DNA of 64,000 nucleotides from the NCBI RefSeq assembly GCF_009914755.1, contig NC_060934.1; one strand, 5' to 3'. Shown here piece after piece: positions 13,996-25,492 of the stretch. The position numbers and the translations under genes were made by a program. Below the pieces are notes generated by a model, which worked only from the letters and a program-made list of their open reading frames with translations, did no database searches and was not told the origin of the DNA. Position 1 is the stretch's first letter. Every line of letters begins with the position of its first letter. This stretch comes from the human T2T-CHM13v2.0 reference genome, Homo sapiens.

Positions 13996-14647
13996 TAGAG
14001 CCTACCGATATCCATTGAAGTGATCTGAATGAGGATTTAGAGTATCTCATTATATGTGGGAGATCTTCCAGATAAAAAGGATTAGCTTTATTTCTCTTCT
14101 GATCTAACTGGTTGGGTGTTTTAAGTGATGAAGTCTACAGCTAAGAAAATAACCCAGTCAGGCTCTCCAAAGAACAAAAACAGAGGCATGAAAGCTGATG
14201 TTTTCATTTTAGCCACACCTCACAGGATAATAGATTTTTCCTATTTGGGTTCTCAGCAAAGCCAAGGGCAGCAGACCACTGTTGGGACTGGTCATCAGCA
14301 CAGATTTGTAAGTGACCACCAGAGCTGGGCGGTCCCAGGGAAATATGGTCCTTGGAATTATGAGCCAAAACAAACTCCGTGGACATCAAAGTCCAACCCC
14401 TCTACTCTAATTGCCTAGGCTTGGGTCCTGTGGGGCCAATGAGAGTAAATTCTTTAAAGCTGAGGAGCCCATGGGCCAGATGTAAGCCATAACTGTGGGA
14501 ACCCAAAAGTCAAGAGACCAAAAGCAAATACAGAGCTTGAAAGAGCAGGCCAATAATGGGAAAACTGAACCAAGTCTGGGGAACTTGGACAAAGCATAAA
14601 CAACCAGAAATACCTGAGAAGAGTCCTGAATTGTAGCTTTCCATAGG

Positions 14648-15410
14648 CAGTGGTTCTCAACCCTGCCTACACAACATAATCACCTGGGGGACTAATGCTC
14701 GTTATTAAATGCTTGTTTCTTACTTTAGACCTACCTCCTATGTTCTGCTCTGTAATGCCCGGGCTGGGATTCTGCCAACAGCATTTCTTCTTTACCAGCT
14801 CTGCCATTAGCGGGTGCTAGAAGAGACTGAAAGGATGGAGTAGGGAGAAGGGATTTTTCTCATTCTGTTTGCTTTCTTTGTTTTTACTGTCACCTTAGCA
14901 GTGGTTCTTCAATCTTTGGTCCCAGTAGCAGCAGTTGATTTTAATTTGCAGGTTTGCCACAATCCCAGAAGCAGTTGTTTCCGAGATATAAGCACTAGCC
15001 AGCCGGTGCCTTCTTCTCAGAAGTCAGGTCCCATCCAGCTCCAGGGGGTTCCTCCCCTGAGCTCAGACACCAGTAACAGTTGGCAGCACACCCCAGAGGC
15101 CACGGTCTCAGTTCTGCAGGGCTCTTCCTTCCAGCTGCTAAGTTTCGATAGCCCTAATTTCTTCCTTTGTTTCTCTCAGCGTTAGAGGTAGTAGCTGCTT
15201 TCTGCATTCCTCAATAACTGGTAAGACTAATTAAATTCTCTGTTTCTGGTTTCTATATCCCAACAGGACCCTGACTGCAGGCACTTAAGAGATATATAGA
15301 TATCTGTGTTCTCCCATAACACAATGTTGATTTAATTGGTCTGCTATAATCAGGACATTTTTAAAGTCCATAGATGATTTTAATATACAGTGGTAAACAA
15401 CAATACCACT
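14648..15410. mobile_element. MER5-type element split by an ERVL LTR (LTR33/LTR41-like, about 14695-15280)
   Basis: GCAGTGGTTCTCAACC...AATCACCTGGGG start; insert with TGCTCTGTAATGCCCGGGCTGGGATTCTGC; MER5 resumes at TGATTTAATTGGTCTG. Confidence 0.55.
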
Positions 15411-16748
15411 ATGCTGTATTGTTCTGTTTACCTGTATGGAAGGGTCCAACTGACTTAAAGATAGAGGGTGAGATGTGCCCCAAGCAGAAGCATGAACTGT
15501 TACTATTTTTACTAATTCTTTCAGCTGCTTATACTAGGATCTAGCAGAAACCCATTTTTAATTTGACCAGCTCCACTCATCCTTTAAAGACTAAGGGTTC
15601 TTTCGGCCATTCATATGTCTGACTCCTTAGCAGATAGTACTAGCCATTTGAGCTGGTTTCATCTTTCTGCTTCCATATTTTGAATGTTTCTGGACTTCTA
15701 CTATACCTCTGGATATCTCATTATGGGTGGAATCAATGGAGGTAGGAGATTACTAAATGGATGTTTCCCTGTGACTAAAAGCAGACAGCTCTTGCGTACT
15801 TGCAAAGGTCTTTAGAAAAGAAAATTTGCATTTGCATTCAGAGAAAATGCATCTTACATAGGTTCTTTGTGTGCAAATTCAACACCCTAGCTCTAGATTT
15901 TCATTAAATATTTCATGTGTGTGTGGAATATTGTCACCATTACTAATGGGGTTTCTGTTTAATTTCTTGATATAATTTGTCATCAAATAATCTCCCAGAA
16001 AGGAGTTCTGGCCATGTAATGGGACTCATGGAGAAGGATGGTTTGTTTTTGCAAAGGGAATGATTTCAATTTCAAACAAGCGGAGATTGGGAATATATGG
16101 GCCTTGTGACTCGGCAGGAGCATTATAGATTGGAATTAAATTAATGTTCTCAGCACAAAGACTCACTGCTTCGGGTTTCTGCATTATGTGTCCCCTTGAA
16201 TCAGACAGGGAAATGTACTTGATGAAAATTACCACCTTCACTCTCAAGAGACTTCACTTGGCCATCTTGCACTAGACTATGGAATTATGGTGACCTCAAA
16301 TGGCATACCTCTTAACAGATAGGCTGTTTGGATCCTTATTCTCCCCACCACTAAATAAACCACATAACAGCTCAAAATAAAAAGTGGTAAAAGAAAATAA
16401 GCAGACAAACAGGAAATTGGTAAGATGACAAAAGATGCGCACACACAAACACAGTCTAAATCGTGCCATTCAACAGTGATTTGCTCTGCTTCTGCTCCCG
16501 TCTCTTAGAGGGAAGTCTAGAACCAGCACCTCTTCTACGTGTTATTTCCTGAAGGAAATGAGATTTGAGGCATGATAGACTGTAAAAGAAGTATGCTTAA
16601 GCAAAGCTGTTTATAACCTTTCAAGTATTTCTAGTTTCTGCTATAGACAGAAACATAGGAAAAGTACTAACATGAATAGGGAAAAAATCTTGAAATGGAT
16701 TGGGAATAGGAGCACATTTCTTTGACCTTCAAAATGCTTTCTCTAGTT

Positions 16749-16814
16749 TGCTAATGGTTTGGGAGAGTAATCTCTAGGGTGTGAGGTTGTAGACTTCTAG
16801 AGACAGGAAGAATG
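16749..16814 (+). repeat. Copy 1 of a dispersed ~65-bp direct repeat (copy 2 at 19717-19780)
   Basis: TGCTAATGGTTTGGGAGAGTAATCTCTAGGGTGTGAGGTTGTAGACTTCTAGAGACAGGAAGA; 2 substitutions and 2 single-base indels relative to copy 2. Confidence 0.95.
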
Positions 16815-17049
16815 ATTGGAGAAACCATTGGTTTGTGCTAACCGCATTGGTGCCATCAATCCTAAATTAGGAAAGCTTCCACATTGTCCTTCTATTCAGA
16901 AATCTTCAATAACTCCCCAATGTCCACAGGAGAAATCCTTGAATTTTTATTGCACTATGATTTTTGTACCAACTTTCTTTAAAAAAAAAAAATCTTGCTA
17001 ACTGGGACTCTGCCTTGCAGACACTCTAGAATCAGGATTCATCTCTGAT

Positions 17050-17400
17050 ACTAGTAGGTAAGAGCTCTCTCTTTCACTCTCAGCTCCCACGTGTTAGCAA
17101 CCATGCAATCTTGGATAAGCTCTTTGACGCTCTGACCTTCCATCCCCTCTTCTTTAAGATAAGGGTGATAGTATTACAGAATAGATCTCATAAGGTCATT
17201 TTGCAAGGAGTGCATGTGGGGTGACCAACCATCCCCATTCGTCCAGGACTGAGAGGCATTCTGAGCTACTGAAACAGCTTTCAGTGGTAAAACAGAAAAG
17301 TCCCATGCAAACTGGGATGAGGTGGCCACCTACATGACATATTGCAAGTAAAACATATAGCATTGTGCTTGGCATATAATAAATATTATGATAATGATCA
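17050..17400 (+). mobile_element. MIR interrupted by a MER81-like hAT-Blackjack element (about 17217-17332)
   Basis: Terminal inverted repeats GGGTGACCAACCATCCC ... GGGATGAGGTGGCCACC flanked by two MIR halves. Confidence 0.72.
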
Positions 17401-18911
17401 TTATTATGCTATATATTCTTCCTTTTTCCTAAACATGCTTTGCATTTCCTCCCCCCAAGCCTATGTCCTGCCCCCATCTCTGCCCCTGCCACCCTACTGC
17501 CCATCACTGGAATTCCCCTGCCCTCTCTTTGCTTATCAGAATCTTTATTCTCTTATTTCTCTGACCAGGCTGAACACTAATGAGAATGGGCCTGATCTCA
17601 TTCAGATTTGCATTTTCTGCAGTTCTTGACAGAGTACCTGTCACATGGTCAGAAGGTGCCCCCTCCATGTTTGATGGCTAATTAGCTAATATTCATTTTC
17701 TACTTTAGTAAACTGCTACATCTATAACTATATCAAATGTGCAGAAAGCACCCTTGTCCTGCAGGTATTTGCTGCCTAAGAAGAAAATGCATGTCGTACT
17801 GTCAAGATCTAATGCAAAATATCAAGTAATAAACTTGTAATACTGCATATTGACTTTCACAATTGCTATTGAGTTGCTTAATATTACCTCAACTGTCACA
17901 TCTAAAAGGGACAGATCATTCAGAGGAATCAGACTTTCTTTTCAGTTCTTTGTAAAATAGCTCAGGAAGTTTTTGTGGTGTCACTAGAAGAAACTGTGAC
18001 ACTGCAGGGTCATGTGTTTGCACTCAGTGGAATGTTTTAGAATGTTCTTTTTGGATGAGATTGTATTTCATTATTTCTTTTCTGTAAATATAAGAATTAA
18101 TTACTAACAGTAAGAAACCATTCTCTGATAACTAAATTGCTGATTAACAAAAGATTTGAAATGGATTTGAGTTTCAAAAGGGAACAGAAGAAATTGAAGA
18201 CATGTATCTTTAAACAATAATTACACAGTTGAAAATTGTACACTGAACATGATTGTGCAGATTCAATTTACTTGTTATTGCAGGAAAGACAGGAGATTAA
18301 TCCTATAAATTTAAAAGTGTCTGGATTTTGTTTAATTTGACTTAAAATTTGAAACTTCAAATTTATAAGTTGTGTCCCTTATTTCACAGTTCAATTAGCA
18401 GTTGTTTGGAGAGATAAGCTCACTCTTAGGGTGGCAGTCTCAGAAAAGTTTAAGAGCAAATATTCCTTTTATTCTATTTATGTCTTTCCATCCATTACAG
18501 TTGGAACCATGTGTAAAGCTGATTATTCAATTTTCAGAGTCATATTTATAATATTTTCCATCTCATTCCAGAGTTCATTGAATCTGAGACACAACTCCCA
18601 CATGCAGATGAAATTATTATTGTTTTCTCCTGCTAATGCAAGCTTATGTTATTTTCCTCTTTTCCAATTCTTAAAATTTACATTAATAAGTGGTTTAAAC
18701 CAGAATACCCATGATTGACAGGATCTGAATGCAACTTAGATGATACAATTCACTTGTAGTAGGCCTAAGGGAAGTCAAGTTTAAGATCAAGGTGGTCTCT
18801 GACCCAATAGGGCAAGATAACTGGATCAAACAGGCTTAGAGGATTCTTTAATACCAAACCCTTCCTCTCAGGAGATACATAGCCACAACCGCCTCTCATC
18901 CTCGCCCCTGA

Positions 18912-19062
18912 TTTGTTTTTAATAATTTTTATTTTATTTTTTTGTAGAGACAGGGTCTCATTATATTGTACAGGCTGGTCTTGAACTCCTAGCCTCAAGC
19001 TATCCTCCTGCCTTGGCCTTGCAAAGAGCTGGGATTACAGGTGTGAGCCACTGCATCCAGCC
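18912..19062 (-). mobile_element. FLAM / Alu left monomer
   Basis: T-rich tail followed by GTAGAGACAGGGTCTC...GGGATTACAGGTGTGAGCCACTGCATCCAGCC. Confidence 0.92.
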
Positions 19063-19716
19063 TGAAATCTTGATTAAAGAGTCTACATCAATCATTAGTC
19101 ACAAAAAGTCTAAACAACTGGGCCTTCTGTGATCTGGAATATACCTTCCACCTTATCCCACCTCCGCCCAGCCACAGCCACATGCACTCATGCTCTATTA
19201 AAGAGGAAAGACGTCAATCAGAAGCAAATACAAATAAGACAAAACAAAAAACAAATCCTCGCACATTAAAAAAAAATTGTGTTATATATCCTGAATTCAG
19301 TAGACATTTAGTATAGTTGATATTGACATGTTCTTTTATGTAATGTATGGTTGAATTGATTTTTTTGACTGAGAGCAAAAAGCAGTTACAAAATTCTGGT
19401 TAAGAATATAAGTTTTAGAGTTGAGCAAACCTAGTTTTAAACCAAGTTCTGCCACTAATTAGCCTGGTGGTCCCAGGTAAGTGACAAACACATTGTACTT
19501 TAACCTCTGTCTCCACGTCTCTGAGGTGGTGATGATGGTCCTCTTGCACAGGTGTAATGAGGCTGCCAAGAGCTGCCTGGTGCCCATTGCCCTCGGGACA
19601 AAGACTCTAGCGCTCATGTCATGGGGAAAGGGGCCACCACACCGTGACAGCAAGTCCTTGCATCACCACAGCGCTCCACGCTTGGGTAGGCAGATTCAGG
19701 ACCGCAGCTCATCTGA

Positions 19717-19780
19717 TGCTAATGTTTGGGAGAGTAACCTCTAGGGTGTGAGGTTGTTGACTTCTAGAGACAGGAAGATG
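19717..19780 (+). repeat. Copy 2 of the dispersed ~65-bp direct repeat, followed by inverted repeats
   Basis: Near-identical to 16749-16814. Confidence 0.95.
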
Positions 19781-19874
19781 GTGTTTCCTCACCATCTAGA
19801 GATGGTGACCACCATTATAGTGGCAGTGAAGACGTGTTAAAACTCCTGTTTTACAGAGAAGAAAATTAGGATAA

Positions 19875-20090
19875 AAAATAATAGCAAATCACAGCATATG
19901 TTTCCTGTGGGCCAGGAACTGCCCTGCATGTTTAATGTATTCTCTCTCATCAAATGTTCATAGGAATCTAGTGAGGTGGCTACTGTTATGATCCCTTTTT
20001 TTTTTTTTTTTTTTTTACAAATATGAACACTGAGGTTTAGAGGTTAAGTAACTTGACCAAGTAACAGAGCAGATAAGTTATAGTGTTGCC
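19875..20090 (-). mobile_element. MIR containing an internal T-run
   Basis: GGGCCAGGAACTG...ACTGAGGTTTAGAGGTTAAGTAACTTGACCAAG. Confidence 0.8.
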
Positions 20091-20204
20091 TCCTCCTGTT
20101 TTAGCTGTAATGAAAATCATTCAGTTAACCTGAACTTCCATCTGAGAGTGTTTTATCGCGTTCCAAAGGCCAAGGACCACAAAGGACAAGGCATGGAAAG
20201 GAAA

Positions 20205-20522
20205 TTTTTTTCTTTTTTTTTTTTTTAGAGACACAGAGTCTTGCTCTGTTTCCCAGGCTGGAGTGCAGTGGTGAGATCATAGCTTACTGCAATCTCAAAC
20301 TTCTAGGCTCACACGATCATCCCACCTCAGCCTCCTAAGTAGCTAGAACTACAGGTGTGCACAACCATGTCTCACTAATGTGTTAAAACATTTTTGTAGA
20401 GACAGGGTCTCACTAAAAAACTATGTTGCCTAGGCTAGTCTTGAACTCCTGGGCTCAAGCAATCCTCCAACCTTGGCTTCCTAAATTGTTAGGATTACAG
20501 GCATGAGCCACCGCACCTGGCC
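20205..20522 (-). mobile_element. AluJ
   Basis: Dimeric Alu with J-type GGGCTCAAGCAATCCTCC; degraded target-site duplication GAAAGGA(A/C)AT. Confidence 0.93.
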
Positions 20523-21599
20523 AGAAAGGACATCTGTACTCCAGAGCTGGGCAGAAAGGCAAGTGAGGACCTGCACCTTCTAAGCCCTGGAGGTTCTAGG
20601 CCGTGACTCAGAGCCAGGTGTCAGCTGGCCTGCCAGGGAGCAAAGCACAGCACCTTGAATCAAGACTACTCTGTTCTTTGGGTTTTGCCTGTGGAAAATG
20701 CAGTATGGCCAGCAGGACTGGAGTGAGAACTCCCTGAGAGCAAAGCATGGCTGACCCAAGAGAAGTGCCTGTCTGTTCCACCAGTGGTCCACGTGAGGAC
20801 AGCACTTTGTTAAAGCAAAAGAAGGAAAGCATTCTAGGAACAGAGCAGAGTGTGCTGACTCCAAGGATTCAGCTGTGGGTCAAGGACCAGTAGAGCCTTA
20901 GGCAGGGAAAAGACCATTTGCAAACATAGGAAGGGCAACAGAACATTGTCCAGCCCTATCCTTCCAAAGCTGGACCGCTGGGCCCAGCTGTGCACTTTGT
21001 GTCTTGTGCTGACTGAGGGCTGAGCAGGACTGAGCTCTGGCCCTTGCTGGGCTTTTCAGTGGGCTGTAGAAACCCAGGGAGGGAGCCTCGTGGTCATCCA
21101 CCTTCCCAGTCACCCTTGGTGACTTACACACTAGGTCTGTCCTGCATCAGGACTGCTCCCTTCTAGTCCTAGCGCCTGACCAAGTCTCCAATCCTTCTGG
21201 GCCTCCATCAGTAAGACCAGGAGCTTACCACAGGTATGTTTGAGACCTCATCCTAAAATTAAATGACTTTGTTTTCTTTTTGGAAGCATCTCCCTAGATA
21301 GTTTGAATTTCATCCTTCTAAGTAAGTATTTGGAGAATTTAAGCACTTCTATAAGTAGAATATTACCTTATTAACAAGCTCCAGGATGAACTGATGATGC
21401 CTAGTCTCTAGATTCAAACATTTAAACTGCACGTTAAATGTTTAAATGCACATTTCTGCCATTTGTTTTCAAGCCATTATTTAAAAAATGTTTTTACCTT
21501 TTCAAAAATAATTTTTAAAAATAGTGATTAATTACAATTAATCCAACGAATTCTATACAACTATTATGTATTATCATTTTTTATTTTCCTCTTCCAGCC

Positions 21600-21990
21600 T
21601 GTGCCCATCTACACAGTTATACTGATACAGTTGCAATCACAATGCACATATAATTTGGTCATTTTTCTCTCATTTGGCACTTTAGCTTAAATATTTTCTA
21701 TGTACCTACAAAATCTTTCTAATTATCATTTCATTGAATGCATTATCTTCATCATCGTCCATGCACCATAATTTACTTAATTTCCAGAATGTTGCACATA
21801 GAGCTTGCTTGTAATTTCTTCTTGCTAGTATTGATAATGTTGTTAATTAACATTTTTGTGCATATAGCTTTCTTTTTTCTTGATGAGTTATTGATTCTTA
21901 AAGGGAAAAAAGCCCTCATGCATTTTGAAACTGCTAGAATGTGCGAAGCAATATTCACATCCTCAACATATGGTTGCGTGTAAGCCACAG
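21600..21990 (-). mobile_element. Old L1ME-type 3' fragment
   Basis: AT-rich, with CACCATAATTTACTTAA...AACATTTTTGTGCATA motifs. Confidence 0.5.
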
Positions 21991-23330
21991 AATTCCCTCC
22001 TGTTTCCAGCGAGAGGAGGCTTGGGACACAGTTCGTTATCAGCTGTCCTCTTTGAAGAGACTTGCAGAAATCATCCATCTGCACTTGGGGAAGCCCATTT
22101 ATTTTATTTTCCCTCTTTTTTATTTGCTTCTTGTAAAAATTATTTTATAGGAGCAAAGCAGCTAACTGTTACATAGATAATTAAGTCCTTGTAACAAATC
22201 TAGGAGGAAAGACAGCGCGTTCTCCTCTCACTGCCCGCCCACCCCCCGGCCAGTCCCAAAGCTGGTGTTTTCATGTAACAGTGCTGCTTCCGTAACCACC
22301 CATTCAATTTAAAACTCAATTCCAAAGCAAAGAGCCATTTCTTTTTAAATGCAGTACATCAGACAAAGCAAATATGGACACTCCAAATCAGAAAGGACTG
22401 TGAACAATTTCAGCCACACCTGGAAACATGGTTTTTAAAACTGTGGCAAGTGTTGCCAATTTCAGGCACAGGGTAGGCATTCTGGTTCATACGCCCCTAA
22501 AGTCTACCTTGTCTTAAACTAAAAATCACGAAGAATCGAGAGATCTTCATTTTATGGGAAACTGGAGCTGTACCAAATGTAAAACATCAAATTAAATTGA
22601 GCGAAAGCCATACCTGTACTAATACTTTAAAAAGGAAGACTTGAAGCCTCACGCCTTTTACCAAAGGCTTGGGCAGCTGAGCTAGTGCAGCCTGAAAATG
22701 TCTCATAAAGTAAAATTTAGGTCATTTTTATTCATTCTGTTATGCAGAGTCACAGACCTCAGAAAAACACACTAATAAAACATCACGCTCAGCTTAATGG
22801 TCTCTCCTCATTCGACTCCATAATGATAAATGAAATGCCATTAGCATAAGGCAAGTCCATTTCTTGTGGTCTGTGGAGGAGCCCAGGATTGCGACAGAAT
22901 TGGAATGCAGAGAATTGATTGTTCACAGTTCAAAGGGAAAACTATGGCACATTTCATAACCCCATGCCAAGGCCGCCACTCTGGGAATGAAGGCCAAGCT
23001 CTGAGAAGGGTTGGGGTCCCTCAGACTGCAAACAGGAAGTGTCTCAGACCTGGGTATGTGGACTAGAACAATACCTGAAAATAGCATTGGAGAGAGAGAC
23101 CAGAAGAGCAAGAAGTTAGAGAAGGCAGCCAGGGGCCTCTCCTTTGCTCTGCTTCCAGTCAACTTCTGCAGTCTTTATAAAAACACCTTTATGCTGAGCT
23201 CCTCTCATGGGCCAGGTAGTCTGCTGGGCTCTGGGAAAATAGCTAGAGATAAGATAGACAAGATTCCTGCTCTCATGGTGCTTACATTCTAATGAGGAGG
23301 ACTTTCTGATAAATTTAAAATGGCAGTTTT

Positions 23331-24137
23331 GCCAGGTGCAGTAACTCACACCTTCAATCCTAGCACTTTTGTTCCCAGACCAAATGGAGGGTGGAGCTGC
23401 TTATTCTCATGGCCCAGTAACAAGGTGCAGATGAACTGGGAAAGGAGGGAGTTTTTATTTCTGAAACTGGTTACAGAGAGAAGGCTTGGAAAATATCACC
23501 CAACCAGCTCAAAATTACGAAGTTTTGCAGAGCTTATATACCTTCTAAGCTATATGTCTACGTGTCAGCGTGCGTTCATCTAAAGACGTAAGTGATTAAC
23601 TTCTTTTAATCTATAAGATCTGAGTCCTGAAGACCTTCCTCTGGAGCCTCAGTAAATTTACTTAATCTAAGTGGGTCCCGGTGCTAGGGTGATTAGCCTT
23701 ATCTTTTGTCCCTGCTAAATCATGGAGGTTTGGGGAGTTCCTTCAGATCCCCACTAAACTTGTTTGCGGAGGCCTGGTGAGTTTCTTCAGACCCCCAGTA
23801 AAACTTGTTTAATCCTAAGCTGGTCCTATTAAGAATTCCTTCTTTATCTTGTCATGCTTCAAGGCCCAAGAAAGGCCTAGGCAAAACTTTTGGCGGGCTT
23901 TTGTTACATTCCAGCCTTTGTATGAGGGCACTGACTCTATCAGCTTTTAATATTTATCTTAACCACTCAGTCAGTGCTGAAACAGTTGTTACGAAGGCCT
24001 ACATTAGTGAGACCTGGCCTGCCACACTTTGGGAGGCCGAGGTGGGTGGATCACTTGAGTTCAGGAGTTTGAGACCAGTCTGGACAACATGGCATAACCC
24101 TGTCTCTACAAATAAATAAAATAAAATAAATAAAAAA
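23331..24137 (+). mobile_element. FLAM/Alu monomer split by an LTR; 15-bp target-site duplication TAAAATGGCAGTTTT (23316-23330 and 24138-24152)
   Basis: GCCAGGTGCAGTAACTCACACC...AGCACTTT | CTTTGGGAGGCCGAGG...A-rich tail. Confidence 0.93.
23370..24026 (-). mobile_element. ERV1 solo LTR (MER39-like)
   Basis: TG...CA ends, 4-bp target-site duplication CTTT; minus strand starts TGTGGCAGGCCAGGTCTCACTAA; family name from memory. Confidence 0.8.
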
Positions 24138-24198
24138 TAAAATGGCAGTTTTATAGCACTTTTTTGTGGCCTGAAATTATTGACAGGATAATAGGGTG

Positions 24199-24392
24199 GT
24201 AGAGTTGCATGATTTAGCAAATAAAAATCCCAGATACCCAGTTAAGTTTGAATTTCAAATAAACAAGGAATTATTTCCTTTTTAGTGTATGTCCCAAATA
24301 CTGCATGAGATATACTTGTGCTGAAAAGTAATTCCTTGTTTACGTGAAATTCAAATTTAACTGAGCATCCCATATTTTACCTGATAACCCAA
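24199..24392. mobile_element. MER53 palindromic hAT MITE inside L2
   Basis: 35-nt inverted arms at 24239-24273 and 24329-24363; GATTTAGCAAATAAAAAT...CAGTTAAGTTTGAATTTCA. Confidence 0.88.
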
Positions 24393-24509
24393 GTAGTGGG
24401 TAATGGGTAAGGGCAACATAAAATACAGTGGTCAGGGAAGGCTTCTGTTCTAAGACGCTTTCAGGCAGGGAACAATGTGCTTTTTGAAGGTCTATGTGAT
24501 AGAAACAGA

Positions 24510-24730
24510 TACTAAGTATTTGCATAGTGTTTGCTTGGGTCAGGCACTGTTCTAGGTACTTAACATATATTAATGTATTTAATCTTCGCAATAGTCCTGG
24601 GAGATAGATTCTGCTATTCTCCCCATTTGGCAGATAGAAAAACTGAGGCACAGACACGGTAAGTAACTTATCCAAGGTCAGAAGTAGCCAGTCAGTCTGG
24701 CTCCAAAGTTTGTGCTCTAACCACTGTTGC
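24510..24730 (-). mobile_element. MIR (well preserved)
   Basis: CAGGCACTGTTCTAGG...AAACTGAGGCACAGA...AAGTAACTTATCCAAGGTCA. Confidence 0.9.
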
Positions 24731-24930
24731 CTGTCATGTAAGTCCACCATTGGAAGCATTCCATTTTACCGAAATCAAGGAAGTATCTTGAGATGTACTG
24801 CTATTTCAGCCAGCTGAGGAAGACACTGTACTCTCCCCTCTCTATATACACTTCCTGTCCTCCCTGATGATAACATTTGAATAGCACTTTTTACTTACAA
24901 TCACTTTTATATGCATTTTTATTGGAACAC

Positions 24931-25492
24931 TATCTAAGTTTGATGAATCAGGTATAAGCAGACAAGGAGGGTCTCCAACGATTATAGGAATTTAATCAAC
25001 TTGAACAATCAGCCTGTTTTACAGCCTCCTGCCCTTCAGCCTGTTTTTCCCCAAACTCCATGTGGAATGCGGTCACCTTGTTAGTTGGAACCAGCTCCTG
25101 ACAGATCCTGGCAATTTATAGATGAGCCCAAGTGAACATTCCTCATGACCATGCTGAAGTTTCCACTCCAGGAGGAGCCACAGCTTCACTACCATAACAT
25201 ACAACCTATGTGCTGGCAGAATGACTCACTGCCTCTGCATCACTGGGACCCCTTCTCTACATGCAACAATGTGCCCTCTCTCCTATCCATCACTCCATTA
25301 AACCCTCCTGCCATTTTCCCTCAGGGAAATGCTGCTTTGGAAAATACTCCCAGGGTTCTCACTTGCACCAAGTAATAAAACTCTTACTGATGATTGATGA
25401 AAACCTGTGTTCTCGTGGAGAGTCTTTTGTTACTTGCCAGGTGAGTGAACTCCAGTTTTTTGTTTTTGTGTTTTTCTTTTTTCTGGGTGACA
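24931..25492 (+). mobile_element. Solo LTR (ERVL-class, LTR32/LTR47-like) inserted in a MIR
   Basis: About 560 bp with AATAAA at 25374 and a CA end; MIR halves at about 24870-24930 and 25493-25605. Confidence 0.65.

Noticed and set aside
21416-21443. 10-bp inverted repeat AAACATTTAA/TTAAATGTTT
   Set aside because: Short and AT-rich; compatible with chance
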